From Atractiella rhizophila (Eukaryota), in the NCBI GenBank assembly GCA_021432655.1, contig MU271595.1:1-40897 (forward strand): DNA of 40,897 nucleotides, read 5' to 3'. The notes beneath the pieces were generated by a model. The model had not been told where the DNA came from and did not search any database. It saw only the letters and a list, made by a program, of their open reading frames with translations. Below, piece by piece: positions 13,544 to 25,632 of this stretch. Positions within the stretch are counted from its first letter, which is position 1, and each line of letters starts with the position of its first letter. The translations under genes were made by a program, and so were the position numbers.

Positions 13544-14057
13544 AAAGGAACCTGAGTCTTGCAGTTGTCGTTTGCGGTGCAGCAATGTCGTCCCTCGTCC
13601 ACAGTCCCATCATGATCCCAAAAGAACAGTGTATTTTTTATACCGACTTCTATTTACTTTCCACCCTGGCCCCAAGCCATTTAGGATTCCGTTTCCCCTC
13701 GACTGCTACGTTTCGCGATCCTGCGCCGTGTATGGTATAGTCCTGAGAATAGAAGGAATGCATAGACTTTTACGAACTTGTTCCTTCCTTCGATGCCCCA
13801 ACCAGTCCTTCATTTTCAGGAGGAAGGAGTGAACGGAAAGGAAGCAGCTGTCGAAGTGCGAAAGCTAGGAACGACACACTCTCTATCAACCGCTCAACAC
13901 TTAGTAAGATGGGAATTGAATGAATGAATAAATTGCTAGTGGTTTGGATTGGATATCGATGATACAGGCACGTGCAAGTGGACAAGATTGGATTGTATGT
14001 AGAACGAAATGAAGTGTAGCAAACTAATAGATGATACCGCGTCGCCTCATCTCAGGC

Positions 14058-17000
14058 TCACGCTTCATCCTTGGACAGTTGCTTTCTCAAAAGCTCGCTC
14101 GCAGTGGCCTCATCCACACTAGGCGCAACCCGGCTCGACCTTTTCAAGCGGATGCTGTCAAAAAAAGATGTCGAAGCTCTTTGCGAACTCGTGCGAGGCC
14201 TCATCAAAACGGAAGGACCGGGTTTGGTAGGAGAGGCAAGGTTTGAGGGCTTGGACGATTGCGCCGTTTCCTCAGTAAGAGCTTGCTCCGAAAGAACAGG
14301 TGAGTGGGAGAGAGGGGCTGGTGGGAAAGCGTGCTGTTGGCCAGCGTGGGCGAAGGATGTGGATGTCGTTGCTATCGATTTCTTCGCCTTGGAGTAAGGG
14401 AACAAGGAAGTTCCTGAGCGATGGGAAGTGGTCGGTGAAGCCTTTTCCATGCGAGACGACGACGATCCAGTTTGCGACTGTCGTCGGTTCGTCTTGAGCG
14501 TCCTTATGGAAGCGTTCTCGCCTTTGTCTGGTTTGGAAGGGCCAGGGCTGATAGAGGAATTATTGATACCACCAACGGGAAGAAATGCTGGAGTGATGAT
14601 GTGGTCATAATCACTTCGAGGACGCGAAATCCGGCTGAAGCCATCAAGGCTGGGCGGGCTGGAGATCCTGATTTGGTCATTGATGTGCGGAAACTGCACC
14701 TCTTGAGGTAGCTGTAGACCTCCCTTCGATGTTGAACCTGATGCTGTAAACGGTCGAGAGGCAGCTGTGGATAGAAAAGATGAAGGAGGCTCGAAGAATG
14801 AGGCGTCTGTGATGGATATGGACGACAGCGGACCAGAAAGGCTCGAAGATGTCGGTAATGGAGACTGTGCTGGTAGGGACTGACTCAGGACAAGGGTATC
14901 GTCTGGCGCAGTAGAAGGTTCTGGCTCGTTTTCAGGAGCTGATTGAGAACGCTCGGTACTTTGTCGATGGTGCCGTCGCTTCTTGTCATCTCGACTTGAA
15001 CGAGTCTTTTCACGCCGCTTTGTGCGTGCAGGTGGCGACCAACTTTCCACTTTTAGGAGGAAGTATTTCGTCCCAGCGATCAGTGCGAAAGGATTCGTGG
15101 ATGGATCCTGCAAAGTCTCAGATCAATGTCAATTGCGCTACATTGTGGCATACCTTGGGATCAACAACATGATTGCTTATGTCTGTGATCCTTGCAACAA
15201 TCCAATCACGCGACTTCGTCATTTGGCTGAGCTCCTGGTTTTGTGCAATATCTAGAAAGTACCCTGGCGAACCAACATTGAAAGCTGCCCAGGAACCAAG
15301 TGTAGTGTCTCTGGTTGGTAAGAACAAGGCAACGTCACCAACTTGAAAACTAGAGAAATGATCAGCAGTCAACCGTCCGCCGAAAAATGCACACTACCTC
15401 CTGAAAGTGATCTTTTCAGTGGCAACGCTCTTGTATGCTTTGCACTCTTTCTGCCACTTTCGAACTTCTTTCGACAATGACTCCAGCTTATTCGAAAGAA
15501 CCTTCCCGTAGTCATCCACATCGAACCCGAGAACATCTGAATCGTTTGGAAGACTTGACAGAGCGGTCGGGGAAGGAAATGTAATCTTGGATGACGTAAC
15601 ACCAACTGATTGTATGGCAGCGAGAATGGTCGAACCCTGCTGGTAAAAACGGTTGGCAATATGCCTGAACTGTGAGGAGTCCTCTTTTTCCTTCTGCCGT
15701 GCCTTAATTGCATCATCCTTTTCTCGCCTAAGTTGATCAAGTTGACGCCGATAATCGCGGACCGTCCCTGTTGATTTCTCTTCGTGGGAATCCAGACGAT
15801 TCTGGAGCAGCTCTACTTCGCGCTCCAGCTCCTCATTCTTCCGGCGCAAGTCAGCATTCTCTTCTTCTCCATCATGCACACGCCGTTGCAGTGTTTCCCT
15901 TTCTGAGTTCCCCGTCCTTACTAACTCGCTGATGCGAGTTTCTAGCTCTTCAACTCGAGAGGTCTTCGCTTCCAACGCGCATCCCCGCCGCTCCGACAGA
16001 TCGGTGAGTTCTTCCACTTCTTTTTCCAAACTTGCACACTGCGACTCCAACATGACTTTCTCATCCTCCCATACCGTACGGAGATCAACCAGATCCTTAT
16101 CCTTTGCATCAATGGAAAATTTGATAGTTTCGAGCTCGGATTTCTTCCGCTCCAATTCTTCGCCTTTCTTCTCGACTTCTTGTTTCTTTTTCTCTACCTC
16201 CCCCTCCAAGCTCCTACACTTCTTCTGCAGGTCCGCCATTTCTTTGTTGGACGCAGCTTGGCTTGTCTGTAACTCCGTCAATCGTGTGTGCAAGTTCTTC
16301 CATTCCGCCAGATGTCTGTTGGACTCCGCTTGTGTTGTCTCCAAAAGGCCATTAAGTCGATCAACCTCATCGATTCGATCCCGAAGATCTTCTTCAGCCT
16401 CCTGAGCACGAAGAATGGCCTGTTCGATGGCACCTTTACTAGCCTGTGCGCCGTTAGCGAGCTCCGTCTTCTCCTTTGAATACCGTGCAACATCTGCTTT
16501 TCGCTCTTCTTCCACACGTCGCAAAGAGCTCCTGAGCTTGTCCATTTCACCTTTCGTCATATCGAGAGAGCGTGTCAGCTCGGCAATTCGACTTTCCAAC
16601 TGAGCAGTGTCTTGCTCTCGGACAGACCGCTCAGATTGCAGCTGCCGTTCTAAATCTTCCTTCTCATCCTCAAGAGCCCGATACTGCTCTTCCAGGTTCC
16701 TGATTGTTGCTTCAAGTTTGCCTGTTTCTGATGATAAAAAGCGGTTAGAAGGGCTCGAGCAGGGGACAACCTGTAAAACTCACGATCATCAGCCAGTGGT
16801 CCACTTCGCTCACCAGCCACTATGTCGAATTTAGCAAACATTTGTGATACTGGAAGCTGACTCACTGGCTTTCTCGAAATCGCTCTCCATTGTTACGATC
16901 TTACCCATGAGCTTTTCTAAAAGGCTCTTAGCCTCGATAACGGGATTGAATTTTGGGTCTTTAACAGCTGGTACAGATTTGTTGATTTCGTCAAGCTTCG

Positions 17001-19041
17001 CGCTGAGGGCTATTTTCCCTCTCAATTGAAGGGTTATTGGGAAGCGCGAGGACATACCAGTCAAATCCTCCATCTTGAGGTCAGGTAACAGGTCGGACAA
17101 GCGAAGTTTTGGATCTCCATCCCGCATTTCTACGTTCACGATGGGCACACCAAGATCTGGGAGGTCATCCGGTAGTCCAGGAACTTGAAAAGGGAGTTTA
17201 TTGGAGTAGTCGTTTCGGAAGTGCACTCGTCTGTTCCTCTCGCTGTGTGAAAGTTTCGACAAAAGATTGGCAATCGAATGGGAGTTGTCGGATAAAAGTC
17301 TGGCGAATGTCTTCCGCCTCACGATCTCTGCTACCGTCGCAGTGTATACAATGACGAGGTCTCGAAGCCTGGATAGGTATTTAAACTGCTCCATGTTGAT
17401 CATAGCTCTGGTATCGTCTCTGAGCTGAACCTCAAAATTCATAAAAGACGAATACCTCATATCCTCGTCCACTTTGATAGCGTCCGCTGGAGCCTCCACA
17501 ATACCAGTTTGGAGAATCGATACTTTCTGCAATGTTTCGAGAACGTAACGAGTGTAGTCGTTCTTCTGTTCAATTAGGCTGTGAATCTCATTGAGTGAGG
17601 CGTCGTAGATCTCAAAGAGTCTGGCTGCTCCAACATTGAGTTATTTGACACAGCACAGGAGAAACGCAACAAACCTAATGCTTGAGGTGGGACTGCCAGA
17701 CTGTCAGTCAACATCACCGTGCCATAGAAAGGAAAACGGACTTTCGCCTGTCGTGCTTCTTGACAGAACATCGTGGTCAACATCCTCTGGGTTGACGATC
17801 CTCGCAAACTCGGTATGTCGTTCTTCCATCCGGAGGGAGCGAACTTCCAAGTCTGAAGGGCTGTCTTTCCGTTCAGCAACACGGTTTGAACAGGTGGCCA
17901 ACAACCTTACCTACTACGGACAATATCATCTTTCAGCGCCTGCGTGCTGCTGACCGATTTCTCAATGAGGGCCGCAAGGACATCGTTTCGAGAATTCACA
18001 TCATCTAATCAAAGTCTCAGCAAGCCGTGACGTTGCTGACTAAAAGCGAAGGAGAAACCCACCGAAAGTCTTCTTACAAAGATTATAAATCTCGTTCATC
18101 TTCTCCTTGTTGACATAGCTCGCGAGGTACCTCTGTTCCTCCGCCCTCCTACTACGAGTCCCACTCTCCTTTCCAGTTCCACCGATATTCCTCGACGTGA
18201 GTGCTTTGTCGACCGGCATCTTCTCGTTCGCAGTCATCGACGCATGATAGCTCTCTAGCGAGTTGGAGCAGTTCTGCACCGACTCTTGAGCAAAGAGTTG
18301 AAAATTGTTGTAGGAGGAAGAAATGCTTTGACAGTGCAGGTGGAGGTTCTGAACCGCGGTCGAGACGGCGTGAATTTGGTAAGATAGCGAGAGAAAGAGC
18401 GTCCGAAGGAGTTCTCGTTGCGCTTCAGAAGCGTCGAGAAAGCGTATCAACGTGTCGCCTTACAGAGTATGGACGAGTCAAGTCATGCGGCCATGAAATG
18501 GAGCAAGCTTACCTTGTCGCGGCCGCGGTACTTCTCCCAAACTATCTGCAACAATATCATCTGCCCTGAGATACAGATCTTGAAGCAGGGTCTCGAGGTC
18601 CATATTGAGGAAATCTCGATGAAAAACGAAGAGCAGACTGAAGCTCCCTCCATCATCCATGACATCCTTACTGCCGTTGCTTCCACGCTCCGGCATTTCG
18701 TAGGATCGTGTGATGGACTGAGAGGAAGCGGCAGAGCGGACGACCATGAGAACCTGGCCGACAGATTCTGCCCTGAACATGGAGCCTTCCGAGTTCATGA
18801 TTATCATGCTATCGTGAGGAATATGGAGCAGCGGTTCGAGAGCGAGCTGGAAGCTCTGCAGACTACACGCATGGATAAGAATTGGGATGGATAGTCTAGG
18901 GATGGTGCATACTCGTGAACTCCATCGAGGTCGCCTGGGACCAGGTCGAGAGAGAATCCATCATGCGCGCGTACTACCTTGCTGGAATGCAAGCGTTTGG
19001 GACCCAGTTCGTTCACGACAAAAGAAGACTCACGGAGGCAT
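14058..19041 (-). CDS. ATG11: Selective-autophagy scaffold Atg11
   Basis: N-terminus MPP/KVVRAHDG (8-nt first coding exon), an Atg17-like region (EIVRRKTF), long coiled coils, and the C-terminal ATG11/Claw signature KITFRSFQVGDVALFLPTR...WAAFNVGSPGYFL...NPFAL. Confidence 0.92.
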
Positions 19042-19322
19042 ATCGCTGAACCTCTGCCACCTTTCCAGATGATGAAACTTGATCTGTATGCAGCAATTTC
19101 TCACTAATACTTTCACACTCTTCGTAGTTGTTTCGGCTGGATGTTAGACTAGAGGCGAATCAGCAGCTCATTAAGGTTAGAACTTTATTTAGAAGGTCGC
19201 ATTTCCGCGGGCAAAGCAACACAGCCAAAACACAGCGCGACTGGGCGAGGACAACTTCCAACTTTCACGACCACCAACCCCCTCCAACATCCATCTCCCC
19301 TTTCTCTCCTCAATCCCCCACC

Positions 19323-21386
19323 ATGAATACCGTACTTCTCGCTTCCCTCCTTTCGCTATGTGCAGCCTTACGCATCGACATGCGGTCCATAAAGACACAG
19401 TCAGCTCACGGCCTCGGAGGTCCCAATCTTAAGAAGAGAATGGACTTGAAGCTGGGCATCAACATTACTGACCTTTCAAAGTATGTTTTCTTTTCTTTTA
19501 TTCTTTTCTTTTGTTCTGACAGTCACTCACTTTGTTTGTGCGACAGTAATGCCTACATTGGGACCATCAACGTCGGAGGTGTCGACGCAGAAGTTCTTCT
19601 CGATACTGGAAGGTGAGCTTTTTATTTTCCAGATGTGGAATCTGCTCATGTGGGAGAACAGTTCTGACCTCTGGGTTGCCTTTTCAAACATTCCAGGAAT
19701 CACCACAGAACAGTCCGACGTCCCTGCTCAACTCAACTATGCGGTTGGCGCTGCAGCAGGTCTCATCAACTTTGCGACTGTCAAATTCGACAACTACACC
19801 ATCGATCGGCAGGCATACCTTCTAGTAAACGAGACCGCCAACCTCGACCTAAGTGGTTACGATGGAATTCTTGGTGAGCACTCAGTCGCGTCCGTCCGAC
19901 CAGTTCTGATTTGCTGACGGACGAACAAGGTCTCGGCCCTTCATATTCGTCACTCATCAAAAATACCTATCCAGAAGATAAGAAAAATCCAAACGATGAT
20001 TTTATCGCTACAACGGTACTCGATCGAGCATTCCAGCAGAACACGACCACAAATAATTACCTCACCGTCGGCCTCAACCGCGCCAATGACCCCAATTCCC
20101 CTGTCGGCGTTCTCACCATCTCAGAACTTGCATCCGGACTAGAAGGTGTTATGGACATGCCTCGTCTCCCCATCGCTGTTCTGAAAGGCAAAGAGCTCGT
20201 GAACCAGCATTGGAGCGTCACTATCGACAAAGATGGATGGATTGGTGAGCCGCACTTTGTTCCCAACCACCTTCGCTGATATCCCTGCAGGACCCGACGG
20301 TCAGCCGATTCCGCTGAAATCAAAGGCAGGGGCTGGTGATGGTCAACTAATTGCTGGTACGCCTGCGTCTTTCTTACACTGTTGACTGCTCATATTTGTA
20401 TCAGTGCTCGATACCGGATTCACTCTTCCTCAGGTGCCGAAATACGTTAGCGATGCCCTTTACTCTCGCGTTCAAGGTGCCACGTTCGACGAACAGAACA
20501 ACTGGTGGTTGATCCCCTGCCAGCAAGAGCTGAACTCGTCAATCTATTTCGGCGGCAAGCAGTACCCTATTGATCCTCTGGACCTTGTGTCAGCCGATAT
20601 CATCCCTACAACTTCTGGGATGTGTGTTGGAGCCTATCAACCTATCACGTTCAACACTGATGGTGAATTCGACTGTATCCTGTCTGTCTCCCAACTTACT
20701 CCTTCTTCTTCGTTGACTTGATAACACAGTGGTGCTGGATTTTTGAGAAACACATACAGTAAGTTGTTCCCTCTGTCTTTGCGGTTGTTGAACTCGAATC
20801 GTGCATAGCCCTTGTCGATTTCGGTGACTTCGTGGAGGACACTTTGGATAGCAATACTGGAGACCCATACGTCCAGCTTCTCTCTGTCACAGATCCTGCT
20901 TCAGCCCATCGCGACTTCGTAACAACACGTCTCGGAGGAAAAGACATCACGGGGGATTCTCAGTTTGCTCTTCTCCCTGCCAGTTCTTCCAGTGCGCTTT
21001 ACTTCAGCCTGTCTAGTACCATGTCTGGACTAACAATGAATTTGCAGGTGCTGTCACCGATAGTACTTCAAACAACGACAAGGGCAGTTCTAACATTGGA
21101 CTCATCGTTGGTGTCTCCGTCGGGGCCGGAGTCCTTTTCTTCGCGACTTTATTCTTGATTTACCGTGTGGTTCGGAGACGACGGAATGCTAAGATGTACC
21201 CCAGAAACCAAGTTTATCAGCCAATATACGAAGATCAGAATCCTCAGATGCGATACTTGCCTACGATGAGTTATAAACCTGCTGTCAGTCCTTCCATTGT
21301 AATTTTCTCCAACAAGGACGCTGAATATTGCGCAACAGAACTCTTATCGACGATTAGATGGAACAGCACCAGAGGGGATGATGTGA
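19323..21386 (+). CDS. Pepsin-family (A1) aspartic protease with signal peptide and C-terminal transmembrane helix
   Basis: Signal peptide MNTVLLASLLSLCAA and a KKR pro-site. Catalytic LLDTG/SSDLW (split by an intron) and VLDTGFT; YDGILGLG; ILGAGFLRN. TM segment IGLIVGVSVGAGVLFFATLFLIY followed by RVVRRRR. Confidence 0.92.
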
Positions 21387-21571
21387 AGTGGCATTGCCAA
21401 AACCTTAGGATGAGCAGAGCCTTACGGAGTAGTGGTGTAACTATGCCCTCTTCGCGTTTGCAATACATACGGACAATTGATAAGCATAATATTCGCCTTC
21501 AGGCTGCATAACCAATACAGAAACTTGATTATCTTGATACAACTGCATTCGTACAACCAGGATAAATTCGC

Positions 21572-21716
21572 TTATTCCGCGTCTGTATCTTCCAACTCGA
21601 AAAACACAAACTCAGCGTTACTCTCCCCAACGTTCTTGAACTCCAACTTCTCGCCAACAGCTACCGCATCGATAAAAGCTCCATCTCCCTCTTCAAGGAC
21701 AAGCTCATTATCTCCA
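21572..21716 (-). pseudogene. Orphan copy of the last ~47 codons of the pirin gene (inside duplication copy 1)
   Basis: Encodes [47 protein letters not shown]; the intact gene ends ...DTDAD*. There is no upstream part. Confidence 0.85.
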
Positions 21717-22680
21717 ACTCTTCCTCAGGTGCCGAAATACGTTAGCGATGCCCTTTACTCTCGCGTTCAAGGTGCCACGTTCGACGAACAGAACAACTGG
21801 TGGTTGATCCCGTGCCAGCAAGAGCTGAACTCGTCAATCTACTTCGGAGGCAAGCAGTACCCCATTGATCCTCTGGACCTTGTGTCAGCCGATATCATCC
21901 CTACAACTTCTGGGATGTGTGTTGGAGCCTATCAACCTATCACGTTCGACACTGATGGAGAATTTGACTGTATTCTGTCTGTCTCCCAAGTTACTCCTTC
22001 ACCTCGTTGACTTGATAAAAACAGCGGTGCTGGATTTTTGAGAAACACGTACAGTAGGTTGTTCCCTTTGTATTTGTGGTTGTCCAACTCGAATCTGCAT
22101 AGCCCTCGTCGATTTCGGTGACTTCGTGGAGGACACTTTGGATAGCAATACTGGAGACCCATACGTCCAGCTTCTCTCTGTCACAGATCCCGCTTCAGCC
22201 CATCGCGACTTCGTAACAACACGCCTCGGAGGAAAAGACATCACGGGGGATTCTCAGTTTGCTCTTCTCCCTGCTAGTTCTTCCAGTGCGCTTTACTTCA
22301 GCCTGTCTAGTACTATGTCTGGACTAACAATGAATTTGCAGGTGCCGTCACCGATAGTACTTCAAACAACGACAAGGGCAGTTCTAACATTGGACTCATC
22401 GTTGGTGTCTCCGTCGGTGCCGGAGTCCTTTTCTTCGCGACTTTATTCTTGATTTACCGTGTGGTTCGGAGACGACGGAATGCTAAGATGTACCCCAGAA
22501 ACCAAGTTTACCAGCCAATATACGAAGATCAGAATCCTCAGATGCGATACTTGCCTACGATGAGTTATAAACCTGCTGTCAGTTCTTCCATTGTAATTTT
22601 CTCCAACAAGGACGCTGAATATTGCGCAACAGAACTCTTATCGTCGATTAGATGGAACAGCACCAGAGGGGATGATGTGA
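21717..22680 (+). pseudogene. 5'-truncated second copy of the aspartic protease (or the alternate allele, if mis-assembled)
   Basis: Begins at TLPQVPKY just after the second DTG, so it lacks both catalytic aspartates. Splice sites and reading frame are otherwise intact. Confidence 0.8.
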
Positions 22681-22864
22681 AGTGGCATTGCCAAAACCTT
22701 AGGATGAGCAGAGCCTTACGGAGTAGTGGTGTACCTATGCCCTCTTCGCGTTTGCAATACATACGGACATTGATAAGCATAATATTCGCCTTCAGGCTGC
22801 TTAACCAATACAGAAACTTGATTATCTTGATACAACTGCATTCGTACAACCAGGATAAATTCGC

Positions 22865-24022
22865 TTAATCCGCGTCTGTATCTTCCAACTCGAAAAACAC
22901 AAACTCAGCGTTACTCTCCCCGACGTTCTTGAACTCCAACTTCTCGCCAACAGCTACCGCATCGATAAAAGCTCCATCTCCCTCTTCAAGGACAAGCTCA
23001 TTATCTCCATTTTTGATGGCGAGCTTCGTAGCACCTTCAGGGACAGGGCGACGAGGAGAGCGATACCCTGACGTTTGGATCAAATGCACGTAAGCCTTTT
23101 TGAAAGGCTGCTCAGAAAAGGTGTGCTCGACGCTCGAAGAGGGAGTCAAAATAGAAGCGTGCATCTTCAAGCCAGACAGGATAGGCGTGGGTCCCTCCCC
23201 TTCCCGGGTGGGATTCTCAACGGTTGCAACAACGGTGACGAGCTTGTTTGTCTTCTCCTCATCCTTAAACGTCCTGCAACACATCATCAGAAACAGTCTA
23301 CTTTAACTGTAGAGGAACACACCTGAGGTAATAAGAAGGAGGCAGTCTTCTTTGCTTTGGCTGAGCCCAGATTTGAAGGAAATGGACGTCACGTTTATCA
23401 TTCCGGTTGTACTCACTATGACGAATACCCTATTGAGCAGATTTAGTATCAGAACCAGACGAAAATAACGTAGAAGAAGACATACCGTTCCAGTCCAGGT
23501 CATTTGCACATCTCCCCTCTTAAGGATCTCCGTGTTGCCAACTGAATCCTTGTGCTCCAATTCTCCATCAACGACGTAACTGAAAATGTGAAACTCAGAG
23601 TGACCTGGACACGTATATCAGATGGCATTCATGATCAGATAAACAAGACACCGACCATGAGTGCCAAAGCCTGTGCCTTTCTCAACCCTGTCCTCGTTGA
23701 TAACTCTTAGTGGCCCGAAGGACTCATGACGAGGATCGTAATAATTAGCGAAGGAAAATGTATGATAGGTCTTGAGCCATCCATGATCGGCGTGACCTCT
23801 CTCTGATGAAGGCCGGGGGGTAAATTTGAGAGACATATTTCGAGACTACAACCCATTGTCAATATCGCACAGGAATTAGTAAATTGAACTTGCCTGCGTT
23901 TTGATGGAGGATAAAGCGGTTTGTGCCGACGGCTTGAGCGCTTGCTTAAAAGCTAGTAGAGAAGACAGGATGGCGATCGCTATTGAGAGTACTTTGAAAA
24001 TTGTTGCTGGTACTCTGCTCAT
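22865..24022 (-). CDS. Pirin family (YhhW-type cupin, quercetin 2,3-dioxygenase-like). Core starts at ATG 23836; probable long isoform from ATG 24022
   Basis: [35 protein letters not shown], metal-ligand motifs GFGTHGH and [13 protein letters not shown]. Upstream exon 23894-24022 joins in frame through a GC-AG intron. Confidence 0.9.
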
Positions 24023-24365
24023 CCAAAGGCTTGTTTTTATACTTGTTGAAACGGTATCAGCGCGGGCATCGGACAGAGATGTGATAATCCTCTCGAATGG
24101 CCTGTTACAGCATCCCAACCAAGCAAAACAACCGTGATTTCAAGTATCAAGTTCTCGAACAAACGCGAGGGCAGATGAGTATAAGATGATGCACACAATG
24201 TTGAGAAATCTGGGCCCATGGGATTTCCAAGGGTCCGACGGTCGGAAGTGCTGATGATGTAATGTAAATATTAAGAGTGTCAAAATTCAAAACAGGTAGC
24301 AAGCAAGAAGGATTCTACTAGTAGACTGCAGTGAGCACGGTGGAAATCAGCATTGTAGAGATGAA

Positions 24366-24878
24366 ATGTCTAGTACCTCCCGATGGGCCTACAAATTGAT
24401 CAATGGGACGTGGCGCCACTCCAGGCTTCCTTCAACGGTCCCTCTGCCACAACAAAGACATAGCATTCCCCAAGTCGTCACTGGGGGAAAAGGTGACATC
24501 GTGAAGCCACCTCCTGCCTTGAACACGTCGCCATCGAAAAACGTTATTTTTGGTTTCGCGATACCTCGCAAACCTATTCCACCCACGGAGGAAGGTACCG
24601 CTTTCTACTTTCTTCCATCGAGGTATGTCAATGACGGATGGATAGAATGTTGTCAAAGCGGATGCGCGGTATGCGTATACGACCTTTTCGAAGAGGAAAA
24701 GACTAGTTATAAAGAGAAAATCGCCCAGATCCAAGACGAGTTGAAGAAACGTGGAATCAAAGCAGCCGCTTGGCCGGAGGAGTTGAGAATGCGAGTGGCA
24801 GAGGAGGAAACAGAAGTAGAAGATCCATCCATCTCCGCTCTCAAAGCACTGGAGGAAAAGCTCAGGAACAAGAAATGA
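24366..24878 (+). CDS. Oxidoreductase-like N-terminal domain protein (OXLD1/UPF0651-like), probably mitochondrial
   Basis: Basic N-terminus without acidic residues. After removing a 51-nt intron (24595-24645) it reads PIPPTEEECCQSGCAVCVYDLF, and it ends with a PSISALKALEEKL helix. Confidence 0.82.
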   Translation: MSSTSRWAYKLINGTWRHSRLPSTVPLPQQRHSIPQVVTGGKGDIVKPPPALNTSPSKNVIFGFAIPRKPIPPTEEGTAFYFLPSRYVNDGWIECCQSGCAVCVYDLFEEEKTSYKEKIAQIQDELKKRGIKAAAWPEELRMRVAEEETEVEDPSISALKALEEKLRNKK

Positions 24879-25036
24879 AGACTAATTATACCTTGGTGTT
24901 CATTAACTTCTCAATCTTTCAAGCACTCGGTTTACCGAGTATTGTGCAGTGTTCCAAATCGCATTGTGGAGAGCACATCAGGAGTAAAGGTCGTCTAGAG
25001 TGTCTTTGGCCCGACAAGAAGCAGGAATGTATCATT

Positions 25037-25632
25037 TTATTTGTCAAGACCCATTTTCTTCTCCATCTCAGCCCTGACATCGAGCGCCTCCCTCTGCTCA
25101 CCCTCTCCAGTAAGCACATCCGCGACATCCAGGCTCTCATCTCTTCCCATCAGGATGTCGAGATGAATGTTGGATGAGCCACGCAATGGGTGAGTTCCCT
25201 GCAAGAGTGCGCGTCTTAACTTGAATAGCCAAATGAAGCCATAAAGGACGCACAAAAGAGGCCATCTTCCTCTCCATCAGCAACCTGACTGGCGCATGAA
25301 TGCCATACAGGTCCCTCATCATCGTCAATTTGAGGTTGTCTTGTGTTTCCTCCCACTATCCCATCTCATCGGCACCTGAACTCACGGCATTAAGACAAGG
25401 AGGAGCGCACCTTTTCGATACGACCCTGGAGTGGGTGCTTTCCTGAGATCTCAGTCAACAGACTGCGAGGACCATAGCGCAGAGTGTCATGAAGGCCCAA
25501 TTCGTTAGCTGTCGAAGCGGTCGAAGCCGGAGGATTGGAAGAAGTTGAGGGCACTAGGGTGTAGGCTGGCTCCTAGGACAGTTGTTTCGTTGACTCTCCT
25601 TCGAATCAGTTAAGCAGAGTAAAACTCACCAT
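25037..25632 (-). CDS. UMP1: Proteasome maturation factor Ump1/POMP
   Basis: ATG-only first exon, then ...LHDTLRYGPRSL...HPLQGRIEKWEETQDNLKLTMMRDLYGIHAPVRLLMERK...SNIHLDILMGRDESLDVADV...MEKKMG. Confidence 0.92.

Larger units (their letters stand above)
20422..23009. repeat. Head-to-tail duplication of ~1.29 kb (copy 1 20422-21716, copy 2 21717-23009), ~97% identical
   Basis: Paired ORFs at an offset of 1294. Junction ...ttatctcca|actcttcctcagg at 21716/21717. Covers the 3' half of the protease and the 3' end of the pirin gene. Confidence 0.97.

Noticed and set aside
15932..16603. Ser/Phe-rich plus-strand ORFs (similar ones lie opposite ASE1 and the FN3-like gene)
   Set aside because: They are antisense shadows of E/K-rich coiled-coil codons.
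18418..18894. 158-aa plus-strand ORF
   Set aside because: It is antisense to ATG11 5' exons, starts at TTG and has no recognisable motif.
21477..22010. 177-aa ORF that looks like a novel Ser-rich/protease fusion
   Set aside because: It is read-through across the duplication junction (antisense pirin tail joined to a protease exon) and has no ATG start.
22865..23836. Recent horizontal transfer of a bacterial YhhW-like pirin
   Set aside because: The gene has ordinary spliceosomal introns and host-like composition, and this pirin type is known in fungi.
24023..24118. MGCC-type myristoylation/palmitoylation start in the ORF track
   Set aside because: The start codon is TTG, not ATG; the first ATG in this frame is at 24022.
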